Below, piece after piece: positions 1 to 9,264 of a stretch of 55,683 nt of DNA. The stretch lies in the NCBI GenBank assembly GCA_944388545.1, contig CALXJE010000006.1, positions 1 through 55,683 of the forward strand, written 5' to 3'. The notes under the pieces were generated by a model. The model saw nothing but the letters and a program-made list of their open reading frames with translations, searched no databases and had not been told where the DNA came from. Each line of letters begins with the position of its first letter. The first letter of the stretch is position 1. The translations under genes were made by a program, and so were the position numbers. This DNA is from an uncultured Clostridia bacterium (GTDB lineage Bacteria; Bacillota; Clostridia; TANB77; CAG-465).

Positions 1-794
1 TTTTTCAGTTCAATTCCATAACAAAATTGATACAACTTTTGAATAACAGCTTCTGATAATTCTTCGTCTTCACTTTGATAAAATCTATCTAATAGACTCT
101 CTTTATTAAATCTAGTTGTTACTATAATTGGTAATTTATTTTCATTTCTATTTTCTATAATTGTATATAATTTCTCTAATGCCCAACTACTAATTCTTTC
201 TGTTCCTAAATCATCAATTATAAGCATATCGACCTTAGAATATAATTCTATTATGTCTTTTTCTTTGATTGAAAAATCTTTAAAAGTGTCCTTAATTACA
301 TCTAATAATAAAATTAATCTTCCCATTAAAACTAACATATCTTTTTCAGTTAGTTGATTTAAAACAGCTGTTGCTAAATGTGTTTTACCTACTCCAGATT
401 TTCCTGTAATAATAAGCCCATTTTTTTGATTTTTATTAATACATTTTTCTGTAAAATCTTTTGCAATTTCTACTTCTTTCTTATTAGTTTCTGTTGTTAT
501 AAAGTTATCAAATTTATAATCTTGTATTTGTTTACTAGTATAATTTTGTATATAAAATTGCCTTGTCATTTGCTCCATTTGTTTTCTTTTTTTCTGTTTT
601 TCTTCTTTTAAATCAATTTCATTCCAATAATCCTTTGACTCTTTTCAATTGCATATTTCATACTCTATTGAACTTAATGGCATATTTGCATATAAATAAT
701 CTAAGCCTATTGGTTTTAAATCTTTTCCACAAAATTTACATTTATTGTGGAAAATTTTATCTTTAGAAGTACATTTCGTATTTTCTAAATCCAT
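1..794 (-). pseudogene. DnaC/DnaI/IstB-like AAA+ ATPase (helicase-loader type); 3' end runs off the window; N-terminal Cys-rich segment is cut off by an in-frame TGA
   Basis: Hand translation of the minus strand (absent from the ORF track because there is no stop in the window). ATG at 794-792 gives MDLENTKCTSKDKIFHNKCKFCGKDL...EYEICN, then TGA at 647-645. The same frame continues KESKDYW...MEQMTRQFY...GLIITGKSGVGKTHLATAV (Walker A)...VDMLIIDDLGTE (Walker B)...PIIVTTRFN down to position 1. Alternative reading: an independent CDS starting at ATG 578. Confidence 0.6.
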
Positions 795-1218
795 TTGTGT
801 TCTCTTCTTCCTTTCTTATTTCTTTTCTTTTATTTTCTTTAATCTCTTCTTCTCCGTTACATAACGTTACTTTTTCCATTTTCACAAATTACAAATTTTC
901 ACGATATAGAAAAGTAAAAAACTTTGAGATTTTATATCTCTTTCCCAAAAGTTTTTTACTTGAAGATTTTAATAAAAATCATAAATTTATAGTACATTTT
1001 TTATTGAATTTTTATTAGAATTTCGGGCATTTGAGGTGGTTATTTTACCCAATTTTTACCAAATTCCACATAATATTGCTATTTTTTAGCATTATTGCAA
1101 CCAATTTTCATGCAACAAAAAACCACTAAAGCCGTTACAGTTCTAGTGATATATACTTTGGTTGTGGGGTAAGACTTTGGACTACGTGCCTTCCGGTTAT
1201 GAGTTAACCATATTTTAT

Positions 1219-1815
1219 CTACTCTTTTATTACTGATATAGCAAGACCATCTCCTATATCAAGTATCATTGTTTCTAATTTTGGATTTTCCGTAACTTCT
1301 TTTATATATTCTCTTAATCTAGTTACTGCTGTTCTATGTTTATGCTGGTTATATCCTCCCATAACCATACCTCTTAAAAGTACATTATCTGCTATTATTA
1401 TAGAGCCTTTTTTTGTTAATCTATATGCTTGCTCTAAATATTTCATATATTGCCCTTTTGCAGCATCAATAAATACAACATCAAAGCACTCATTTAAAGA
1501 AGTCATAAATTCATATGCATCTGAGTTAAACACCTGAATATTATTTTTGTCACTTATTTCTTTTATGTTTTTTTTAGCAATCTCACTAATTGATTTATCT
1601 AATTCTACAGTTTTAATTAACGCATTCTCACCAGACAAATAATCTGAAAAACATAAGGCAGAATAACCTACTGCAGTACCTATTTCAAGAATTTGATTTG
1701 GTTTTTTTATAGCTAATATTGTTTTTACAACTTGCATAGACTCATCTTTAAGTATAGGTACATGATTATTTATAGCCTTTTTTTTAAGGTTTTCTAGTTT
1801 TTCTTTATTTAGCAT
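1219..1815 (-). CDS. Class I SAM-dependent O-methyltransferase (family 3, YrrM/TrmR-like)
   Basis: 198-aa ORF. SAM-binding motif ILEIGTAVGYSA, then VFIDAAKGQY, typical of caffeoyl-CoA-type O-methyltransferases. Overlaps the upstream plsC stop. Confidence 0.8.
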   Translation of the reverse strand: MLNKEKLENLKKKAINNHVPILKDESMQVVKTILAIKKPNQILEIGTAVGYSALCFSDYLSGENALIKTVELDKSISEIAKKNIKEISDKNNIQVFNSDAYEFMTSLNECFDVVFIDAAKGQYMKYLEQAYRLTKKGSIIIADNVLLRGMVMGGYNQHKHRTAVTRLREYIKEVTENPKLETMILDIGDGLAISVIKE

Positions 1816-2404
1816 TTTCTTTTATCTCTCCTAATTTATATATTTTATTCATAAGCTCTTCTGTAAGATCCGATAATAGTTTTCTATCTTTTATTTGCTC
1901 TTTATATTCACTTAGGTTATATGGCTCTCCATATATAACTTTAATTCTTCTAAAAAGTGTTCTCTTCCCTTCTTCTATATATACAGGAATTATATCTGCA
2001 CCTGAAGATATAGCTATATGCACTGCTCCACTTTTAGCCTTTACATTCTTCTTTTTAGCTCCTCTTGTTCCTTCTGGAAAGATTACAACATTATTACCTT
2101 CTTCCAAAACTTTTACTGTATGATATATACTTTTAAAATCTTTTTGTCCTCTATTTATAGGATAAGCACCAACTGCTCTAATTAAATGTGACCAGATAGG
2201 AACTTTAAATAATTCTGCCTTAGCCATTATTTTTACTTTTTCAGTTTTAGTCCATAGTATAACTGCATCAATCCAATCATTATGATTAGCACAAACTATA
2301 TTTTTCCCTTGAAGTTGCTTATATTTATCTAAATTTATATATTTAACTCTAAACATCATTTTGCAAATTACAAAGTATACAATGCCTTTTAATATTTTAA
2401 GCAT
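1805..2404 (-). CDS. plsC: 1-acyl-sn-glycerol-3-phosphate acyltransferase
   Basis: 199-aa ORF with the HxxxxD acyltransferase motif (ANHNDWIDA) and the FPEGTR block. Confidence 0.85.
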   Translation of the reverse strand: MLKILKGIVYFVICKMMFRVKYINLDKYKQLQGKNIVCANHNDWIDAVILWTKTEKVKIMAKAELFKVPIWSHLIRAVGAYPINRGQKDFKSIYHTVKVLEEGNNVVIFPEGTRGAKKKNVKAKSGAVHIAISSGADIIPVYIEEGKRTLFRRIKVIYGEPYNLSEYKEQIKDRKLLSDLTEELMNKIYKLGEIKENAK

Positions 2405-2407
2405 ACA

Positions 2408-3082
2408 CTAAATAACATTCCTTTCTTTTAACAATAGAATTACTTTATCAATAACTTGTTGTTTAGTCATATTTGTAGTGTCAATTAATACAGCATCATC
2501 TGTTTTTACTAAAGGAGAAATTGGTTTATTTATATCGTTATAATCTCTTTTTTTTATATCCTCTAAAACTGCATCAAAACTGCAATTAGGATTCTTTATT
2601 TTTAAATCAAGTAATCTTCTTTTTGCTCTTTCTTTTTCATCTGCAGTAAGATATATTTTTAAATCAGCATTTGGAAATACCACACTACCTATATCTCTAC
2701 CATCTAATATTACACTATCATCTTCTGCAAGTTTTCTTTGTCTATCTATCATATCATATCTGACACTTTTTATAGCAGAAACTTTTGACGCCATCATTCC
2801 TATTTCCTCTGTTCTTATTTTACTAGCAACATCTTCATCATTTAAAAATATATGAAGTTCTTCATTTACTCTGTCAAACTTTATATCTATATTATTAAGA
2901 GCATCTTCTACTTCGTTTTTATTTTCTATATTTATATTATTCTCTATAAAATACAACGCAACTGCTCTATACATAGCGCCAGTATCTATATATACTATAC
3001 CTAACTTGTCACTTATTTGTTTTGATAAATATGATTTACCTGCTGCTGAAGGACCGTCTACTGCTATTATATATTTATTCAT
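2408..3082 (-). CDS. cmk: Cytidylate kinase
   Basis: 224-aa ORF. P-loop IAVDGPSAAGKS followed by IDTGAMYRA, the diagnostic Cmk N-terminus. Confidence 0.92.
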   Translation of the reverse strand: MNKYIIAVDGPSAAGKSYLSKQISDKLGIVYIDTGAMYRAVALYFIENNINIENKNEVEDALNNIDIKFDRVNEELHIFLNDEDVASKIRTEEIGMMASKVSAIKSVRYDMIDRQRKLAEDDSVILDGRDIGSVVFPNADLKIYLTADEKERAKRRLLDLKIKNPNCSFDAVLEDIKKRDYNDINKPISPLVKTDDAVLIDTTNMTKQQVIDKVILLLKERNVI

Positions 3083-3157
3083 ATTTCTCCCCCTTTATTT
3101 TTTCCATAATTTATGATATCATATATACGTTAAGTTGTAAAGAATAGGGGTGATTTT

Positions 3158-3679
3158 ATGCCTGATAACTTAGAATTTTTTGATAAAAAATTTGTTATTC
3201 TTTTAGTGTTAAATGAATCAAACTCTCATTTATCACTAGAACAAATTGTTAAAATGTGTTCTGATTTTGATGATATAACATACTTTGATATTTGTGAATA
3301 TATAGATAATTTAAAAGCAAATGGTCATATAGCTGAAAATATTGAAAATAACATAAGATATTATAAACTTACTGAAACTGGATATTCTACACTTGAAGAA
3401 TTAATAGAATTAATTCCAGGAATTAGTATACATAACATCAAAAAGATTCTTTCAAAACAAATAAACAAAATCAAAAAAAATTATGAAATAGGGTCACAGA
3501 TATTACCTATAAAATATGGTGAATATAAAATCGCTTGCTATATAAGAGATGGCAATGATGAACTTCTAAATATAACGTTATATGCTGGTGATATGGAAAA
3601 TGCCAAGAATATTTCAAAAAACTGGGAAAATGATGCAAATAATATTTATATAAAAATAATAGAATTGATGACAAAATAA
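3158..3679 (+). CDS. Hypothetical protein (possibly DUF4364-type small regulator-like protein)
   Basis: 173-aa ORF with RBS-like aggggtga upstream, divergent from cmk. The family assignment is from memory of clostridial cmk neighbours only. Confidence 0.55.
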   Translation: MPDNLEFFDKKFVILLVLNESNSHLSLEQIVKMCSDFDDITYFDICEYIDNLKANGHIAENIENNIRYYKLTETGYSTLEELIELIPGISIHNIKKILSKQINKIKKNYEIGSQILPIKYGEYKIACYIRDGNDELLNITLYAGDMENAKNISKNWENDANNIYIKIIELMTK

Positions 3680-3725
3680 AAGGAGTAATATTAATCTACA
3701 TACAGATAATATTTTCTCCTTTTAT

Positions 3726-4718
3726 TTAATTTTCTCCTTTTATTTTTTCTTCTTTTTCACTAATGATATTCTTATCTAACTCTTTCATTTTTGAACTTAC
3801 ATATTTTCTTTTTATTTGAGCTTTACATTCTCTACTAAATTTTGCTTTTGATACACCTAGTACTTTTTCTATATCAGGATTTTCAAATAATTCTAATATT
3901 TTTCGTACACCATAACTTTGAACTATATATTCAATTATAGCAGCAGCAGACTCTGAAGAATAATTATAATCTGCCATTATAGATTGCTTACTTGAAATCC
4001 CTCCTTGACTTGTGACTCCATTCTCACTAATAAATTCTCCAAAATCTTTTTGGTTTTTAACTCCTTTAAGAATACCCCTTTTATACATAATCCAACCTAA
4101 GTCAAGCCATTCTGGTATAGTTTTACTATCTTCTTCTTTAATCTTTTTTATCTCTAAATCGATTTCTTCTATATCGTCAAGTTTATCTAACTCATCTTCC
4201 TCTTTTACTTCATCATCTAATTCTAATTCATCATCTTCTAGCTCTTCTTCCTCTATTTCTTCTTGTTCTTCTTTAGGTTCTAATTCATCTGTAACTTTTT
4301 CTTGAGCTTTTTTTACTTTTTCATCAAGTCCATATTCACCTAAAATATCTTTAACTAATATCTTAATTATGTTAGTATACGAACTAGCCATTTCTCTTGG
4401 AGATACCATGTGTATTTCTCCTTCGCCTACTACAAATAACATATCCTCCTGTCCTCTATTTCTACTAGTTCTTCTCATGTTTTTTTCAATTTGCATTCCA
4501 AAAATAGAATAAAATATTCTTTTAGTTGGGTAAATATATACTCTTAGCGGTTCTCCTGATGGGATATTATCTAAATTTATATGTAAATTTTTAGCAATAT
4601 TTTTTATTACTTTTTCTATATCTTGTACTACTCTTCTATCCATAGGATTAGAATATATTTCTATCATTCCTATTATTTTAGGATCAGTATGAAATATTTG
4701 TTCTAATTTAGGTGCCAT
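3726..4718 (-). CDS. Hypothetical protein with a central poly-acidic (E/D-rich) low-complexity insert
   Basis: 330-aa ORF. Residues ~145-195 are almost entirely E/D/L/K. I recognised no motif. Confidence 0.6.
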   Translation of the reverse strand: MAPKLEQIFHTDPKIIGMIEIYSNPMDRRVVQDIEKVIKNIAKNLHINLDNIPSGEPLRVYIYPTKRIFYSIFGMQIEKNMRRTSRNRGQEDMLFVVGEGEIHMVSPREMASSYTNIIKILVKDILGEYGLDEKVKKAQEKVTDELEPKEEQEEIEEEELEDDELELDDEVKEEDELDKLDDIEEIDLEIKKIKEEDSKTIPEWLDLGWIMYKRGILKGVKNQKDFGEFISENGVTSQGGISSKQSIMADYNYSSESAAAIIEYIVQSYGVRKILELFENPDIEKVLGVSKAKFSRECKAQIKRKYVSSKMKELDKNIISEKEEKIKGEN

Positions 4719-4750
4719 AAAGTCACTCCTTCTTTCTTTTACTAGCTATC

Positions 4751-5149
4751 TTATTTATCTTTTTTAGTTAATTTTATATGATATACAAACATAGGAAGAG
4801 AAACGACAAATGTTGCCATGCTTGTTATCATGTTAACTATCATTTCATTATCATTATTCTTTTTTTCTAGTTCTTCATCTTTTTTATTACTACCTTCGTT
4901 ATAATATATTTTTTCTTCTGGCAGTAAATATTCCGCAGTTGTATTTACAGAATATATAAAGCTAACTATACTAGCACATAAAAAGATAAGAACTAATGTA
5001 TACGTATAAACACTCCTTATAATTTTTTCAAAATTATCTTTTGAACCATTATTTTGATGTTTTCTACTAACTAATAGAATAATTAATATAACTAAAACTA
5101 TTGGAGATACTAGACAAAGAATAATATATAATATTGAAAATATTGCCAT
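4751..5149 (-). CDS. Small membrane protein, paralogue of the adjacent ORF
   Basis: 132 aa. Hydrophobic N-terminal segment, IRSVYTYTLVLIFLCASIVSFIYSVNTTAEYLLP, then a charged loop, then a C-terminal TM ending PMFVYHIK. Confidence 0.65.
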   Translation of the reverse strand: MAIFSILYIILCLVSPIVLVILIILLVSRKHQNNGSKDNFEKIIRSVYTYTLVLIFLCASIVSFIYSVNTTAEYLLPEEKIYYNEGSNKKDEELEKKNNDNEMIVNMITSMATFVVSLPMFVYHIKLTKKDK

Positions 5150-5154
5150 ATACT

Positions 5155-5463
5155 CTATACCTCCTCTTTTCTTTCAATTTGAATTTTTTTCCAATGATAT
5201 ATAAACAAAGGTGTTCCTATAGCTATGACAGTAAATGATGATATAGCATTTTTAATACTTTCCTTTTTTGCATTTCTTGTTCTAATTGCTATTTCTTCAT
5301 CATAATTATAACTATCTTCTCCATAATAGCTGTAGTAATTCACAATCGGAAAAAAATATGAAGACACTGAATTTACTGTTGTAATAAACCCTATAACAAT
5401 CATTCCTAATGCGATAAATGATACTAAATACAAATATATAATTCTAATATTTTTTGACATCAT
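5155..5463 (-). CDS. Small membrane protein, paralogue of 4751..5149
   Basis: The track ORF runs to 5526, but GGAGGG (5467-5472) sits just upstream of the tandem ATGs at 5463/5460. NIRIIYLYLVSFIALGMIVIGFITTVNSVSSYFFP and the C-terminal PLFIYHWK match the neighbour's architecture. Confidence 0.6.
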   Translation of the reverse strand: MMSKNIRIIYLYLVSFIALGMIVIGFITTVNSVSSYFFPIVNYYSYYGEDSYNYDEEIAIRTRNAKKESIKNAISSFTVIAIGTPLFIYHWKKIQIERKEEV

Positions 5464-5575
5464 TATCCCTCCATTTGTTTTATAGTACCATAATATATTA
5501 TCTAAGTCAAATAATTTAATAAACATAATAAGTATTAAGCAGCATAGATTTTAAATATACGCCGCTTAATACTTA

Positions 5576-8395
5576 TTATAATATTTTTTTTAAAAATTTT
5601 CCTGTATAACTTTCTTTGATTTTTGCAATTTCTTCAGGAGTACCTGTTGCTATAACTGTTCCACCATTTTTACCGCCTTCTGGACCTAAATCAATTATAT
5701 AGTCAGCTGATTTTATCATGTCCAGATTATGTTCAATTATTATAACCGTATTTCCACCATCAGCAAGTCTATTAATTATATTAACTAAATTATGTACATC
5801 TGCTGTGTGAAGTCCTGTTGTTGGTTCATCTAAAATATATAATGTTTTTCCTGTACTTTTTTTACTAAGCTCGGTTGCAAGTTTTATTCTTTGTGCTTCT
5901 CCACCAGATAGTGTAGTAGAAGGCTGTCCTATTTTAATATAACCAAGACCAACATCATATAGTGTTTGTAATTTATTTTTTATTATAGAAACATTCTTAA
6001 AAAATTCTAAAGCCTCTTCTACTGTAAGATTAAGTACATCATTAATAGTTTTTCCTTTATATTTTACTTCTAGTGTTTCTCTGTTATATCTTTTTCCTTT
6101 ACAGATATCGCATGGAACATAAACATCTGGTAAGAAATGCATTTCAATTTTTATTATTCCATCTCCAGAGCATGCTTCACATCTTCCTCCTGCAACATTA
6201 AAGCTAAATCTTCCTTTCTGATATCCTCTTAATTTTGCTTCATTTGTCTGAGCAAATAAATCTCTTATATGGTCAAACATTCCTGTATATGTTGCTGGAT
6301 TAGATCTAGGAGTTCTACCTATAGGAGACTGATCTATATTTATTACCTTATCAATATATTCCAATCCTTTTATTTGTCTATATTTTCCCACTTTTCCTTT
6401 TGTACCATATATTTCTTTTGCAGTAGCTTTATATAACACCTCATTTACAAGTGAGCTCTTTCCAGAACCAGATACACCTGTTACACAAGTGAATACCCCT
6501 ATAGGAAATTTTACATTTATTTTCTTTAAATTATTTTCTTCAGCTCCGATTATTTCTATATACTTATCCGTCTTCTCTCTTCTTGACTCAGGAACAGGTA
6601 TTTTTAATCTGCCACTTAAATACTTTCCTGTAATACTTTTTTCGTCTTTAAGTAACATTTCTGGTGTCCCACTAAATACAACTTCTCCTCCATGAACACC
6701 TGCATTTGGACCTATATCTACAATATAATCTGCCTCTCTCATTGTATCTTCATCATGTTCAACTACAATCAAAGTATTTCCTAAGTCTCTCATCTTCTTT
6801 AATGAGTTTAGTAATTTTTCATTATCTCTCTGATGCAAACCTATACTAGGCTCATCAAGTATATATAAAACACCTGTAAGACCTGAACCTATTTGAGTTG
6901 CAAGTCTAATTCTTTGAGCTTCACCACCAGATAATGTCCCTGCTGTTCTTCCAAGAGTCAAATAGTCAAGACCAACATCAATTAAGAATTGTAATCTTGA
7001 ATTTAATTCTTTTAAAATTTGCTCTGCTATTATCCTATCTTTTTCCGATAAATGAATATTATTTATATATTCTTTTATTTCTACAACAGATAAACTTGTA
7101 AGTTCATGAATATTTAACTTTCCTACTTTTACAGCTAAACTTTCCTTTTTAAGTCTTGTCCCTTTACATTCATCACAATCTATAGTAGTCATAAGTGTTT
7201 CATAATATTCTTTCATCCATTTAGAACTAGTTTCCCTAAACCTTCTCTCTAGTATATTAATTACACCTTCAAAGCTTGCCTCAAACTCTCTTATAAATGT
7301 TTTTGATTCATGCTTAAACTTAATTTTTTCACCTTTACTACCATATAAAAGAATATTATAAAAATCCTTTGGAAGTTTATCTATTCTAGTATTTATATTA
7401 ACATTATAATAATCACATAGTCCTTTTAAATACGTAGTAGTAACAGAATCTACTTTTGATCCTCCCCACCCTTTTATTGCAGATGGATCAGATAATAACT
7501 TGGTTTTATCTGGAATTACTAAATCAGGGTCCATTTTTAGTAATTCTCCTAATCCTGTACAACTAGGACATGCTCCATAAGGTGTGTTAAAAGAAAACAT
7601 TCTTGGTGTTAATTCTTCTATAGATATATTACAATCGACACATGCATAACTTTGGCTAAACATTATATCTTGTCCATTTACAATAGATATTAATACTAGA
7701 TTATTGGCTTGTTTAAGACATAGTTCAACTGAATCTGCTAATCTTTTTCTTATATCAGGGCTAACTGCAAGTCTATCTACTACAAGTTCTATATCATGTT
7801 TTTTTTGTCTGTCCATAACAGGCATCTCTTCTGATAGATCACACATATTACCATCTACTCTTGCTCTTACAAATCCTTCTTTAATTGCATTTTCAAGTAT
7901 TTTTACATGTTCTCCTTTTTTACCTCTGATAACAGGGGCCATAACATATATTTTTGTACCCTTTTTAAATTCTAATATTTGATCTACTATTTGATCTACT
8001 GTTTGCATCTTTATTCTTTTTCCACATTTTGGACAATGTGGAACACCTATTCTAGCATATAACAATCTTAAATAATCATATATTTCTGTTACCGTTCCTA
8101 CAGTAGAACGTGGATTCTTAGATGTCGTTTTCTGATCTATAGAAATAGCTGGTGACAATCCTTCTATTGATTCTACGTCAGGTTTTTCCATAATACCTAA
8201 AAATTGTCTAGCATATGAAGATAAGCTTTCTACATATCTTCTTTGACCTTCAGCATAAATAGTATCAAAAGCCAAGGAAGATTTGCCAGATCCAGAAAGT
8301 CCTGTGAAAACAATAAGCTTATTTCTAGGTAATTCTAAGTTTATATTCTTTAGATTATGCTCCTTTGCTCCTTTAATAATTAATTTATCGTTCAT
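5576..8395 (-). CDS. uvrA: Excinuclease ABC subunit A
   Basis: 939 aa. Two ABC ATPase modules ([35 protein letters not shown] x2) and zinc-finger Cys clusters. Confidence 0.97.
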   Translation of the reverse strand: MNDKLIIKGAKEHNLKNINLELPRNKLIVFTGLSGSGKSSLAFDTIYAEGQRRYVESLSSYARQFLGIMEKPDVESIEGLSPAISIDQKTTSKNPRSTVGTVTEIYDYLRLLYARIGVPHCPKCGKRIKMQTVDQIVDQILEFKKGTKIYVMAPVIRGKKGEHVKILENAIKEGFVRARVDGNMCDLSEEMPVMDRQKKHDIELVVDRLAVSPDIRKRLADSVELCLKQANNLVLISIVNGQDIMFSQSYACVDCNISIEELTPRMFSFNTPYGACPSCTGLGELLKMDPDLVIPDKTKLLSDPSAIKGWGGSKVDSVTTTYLKGLCDYYNVNINTRIDKLPKDFYNILLYGSKGEKIKFKHESKTFIREFEASFEGVINILERRFRETSSKWMKEYYETLMTTIDCDECKGTRLKKESLAVKVGKLNIHELTSLSVVEIKEYINNIHLSEKDRIIAEQILKELNSRLQFLIDVGLDYLTLGRTAGTLSGGEAQRIRLATQIGSGLTGVLYILDEPSIGLHQRDNEKLLNSLKKMRDLGNTLIVVEHDEDTMREADYIVDIGPNAGVHGGEVVFSGTPEMLLKDEKSITGKYLSGRLKIPVPESRREKTDKYIEIIGAEENNLKKINVKFPIGVFTCVTGVSGSGKSSLVNEVLYKATAKEIYGTKGKVGKYRQIKGLEYIDKVINIDQSPIGRTPRSNPATYTGMFDHIRDLFAQTNEAKLRGYQKGRFSFNVAGGRCEACSGDGIIKIEMHFLPDVYVPCDICKGKRYNRETLEVKYKGKTINDVLNLTVEEALEFFKNVSIIKNKLQTLYDVGLGYIKIGQPSTTLSGGEAQRIKLATELSKKSTGKTLYILDEPTTGLHTADVHNLVNIINRLADGGNTVIIIEHNLDMIKSADYIIDLGPEGGKNGGTVIATGTPEEIAKIKESYTGKFLKKIL

Positions 8396-8413
8396 AAAAA
8401 ATCACCAAATAAT

Positions 8414-8442
8414 ATTATATCATATAATGACATAATTTGTAA
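8414..8442 (-). promoter_or_regulatory. Sigma-A-type promoter for uvrA
   Basis: Minus strand reads TTACAA - 17 nt - TATAAT, about 20 nt upstream of the uvrA ATG (RBS GGTGA). Confidence 0.5.
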
Positions 8443-8503
8443 ATTTATTTGATGATGTAAATTTATGGCTTTTTATATTATTTTACTTAATTAATCTTTA
8501 GTA

Positions 8504-9064
8504 TCATATAAATTCAACTATTAATCCAACATAATATTTTCCATTTTTATCAGACTTTACAACCGCCTTTTTTATATTCGATCCTTTAGGTAATGATCTG
8601 TCTATTTTTGCTTTTAAAAGTCCAAGCTTAGGTAGAATTATAGTTTTATTATTGACACGTATACTATTATTTATATTATTTGTATTATATATCTTTTTAC
8701 TTCTATAGTCTTTATACCTAGGAAATCCATCTATTCCAGAAAAATATCTTTCATAAGCATTTATAACAGAAAGTTGCTCGTTATATATTGCTACTTCATC
8801 TATTTTAGAATAATCATTGTTTAATTTTTTAAACATATCAATTTTTTTAGGGGGATTGTGTTTAAAAAATCTTTCCTCATCTATCTTTATTTTATTTATT
8901 AAACATCTTTCTACATAAATAACAAATTTATTATATACATATGCTCTTTCTTTTAATATTAAATTGTGTATTTCGTTACAGACTTTAAAAGTACGATTGA
9001 TTAAATTTTTCTGAGTCTGATTTGGATAAACTCTATAAGTGTACATTAAAACTTTTTTAGACAT
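8504..9064 (-). pseudogene. tnpB: IS200/IS605-family TnpB (OrfB) N-terminal fragment, truncated before the RuvC domain
   Basis: 186 aa. YTYRVYPNQTQKNLINRTFKVCNEIHN is the typical TnpB N-terminus. The ORF ends at ...KYYVGLIVEFI, where the first RuvC motif (GIDLG-type) would normally follow. Only 108 bp remain before uvrA. Confidence 0.7.
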
Positions 9065-9122
9065 AAATTCAACTCCTTAGAAATGAAAAAATATTATATG
9101 ATTAAACCTATATAAATTGATT

Positions 9123-9167
9123 AAAAAAATAATATAGATATGTTATGGCCTTTAACATATCTATATT
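9123..9167 (-). terminator. Rho-independent terminator downstream of uvrB
   Basis: 15-bp perfect stem (9131-9145 / 9153-9167) with a 7-nt loop, followed on the minus strand by a T7 run (plus-strand A-run 9123-9129). Confidence 0.8.
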
Positions 9168-9264
9168 ATAATCCATATATTTCCATATGTCAACAAGAAT
9201 CGCATTTCAAAATTCGACAAAATTTAGATATTTCAGTTGTATTCTAATATTTACACTACATAAT

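Noticed and set aside
645-647. In-frame TGA read as selenocysteine, or as evidence of an alternative genetic code.
   Set aside because: TGA clearly terminates cas3 (ATGA overlap with cas4) and the MuF-extension frame. I found no convincing stem-loop immediately 3' of the TGA. A DnaC-like protein is not a known selenoprotein. A nonsense mutation is more parsimonious.
378-1018. Three plus-strand track ORFs (378..611, 563..766, 797..1018) encoding F/L/I/S-rich peptides.
   Set aside because: They are antisense shadows of the minus-strand DnaC-like gene or lie in AT-rich non-coding DNA. They are low-complexity, have no RBS, and the opposite strand has clear Walker A/B motifs.
1020-1218. A non-coding stretch between the DnaC-like gene region and the O-methyltransferase, containing relatively G+C-rich motifs (ggttgtggggtaagactttggactacgtgccttccgg). 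Considered as a possible sRNA, tRNA fragment or att site.
   Set aside because: I could derive no cloverleaf, no stable terminator hairpin and no repeat partner by eye. It is left unannotated. A covariance-model scan, or comparison with an empty site in relatives, would be needed.
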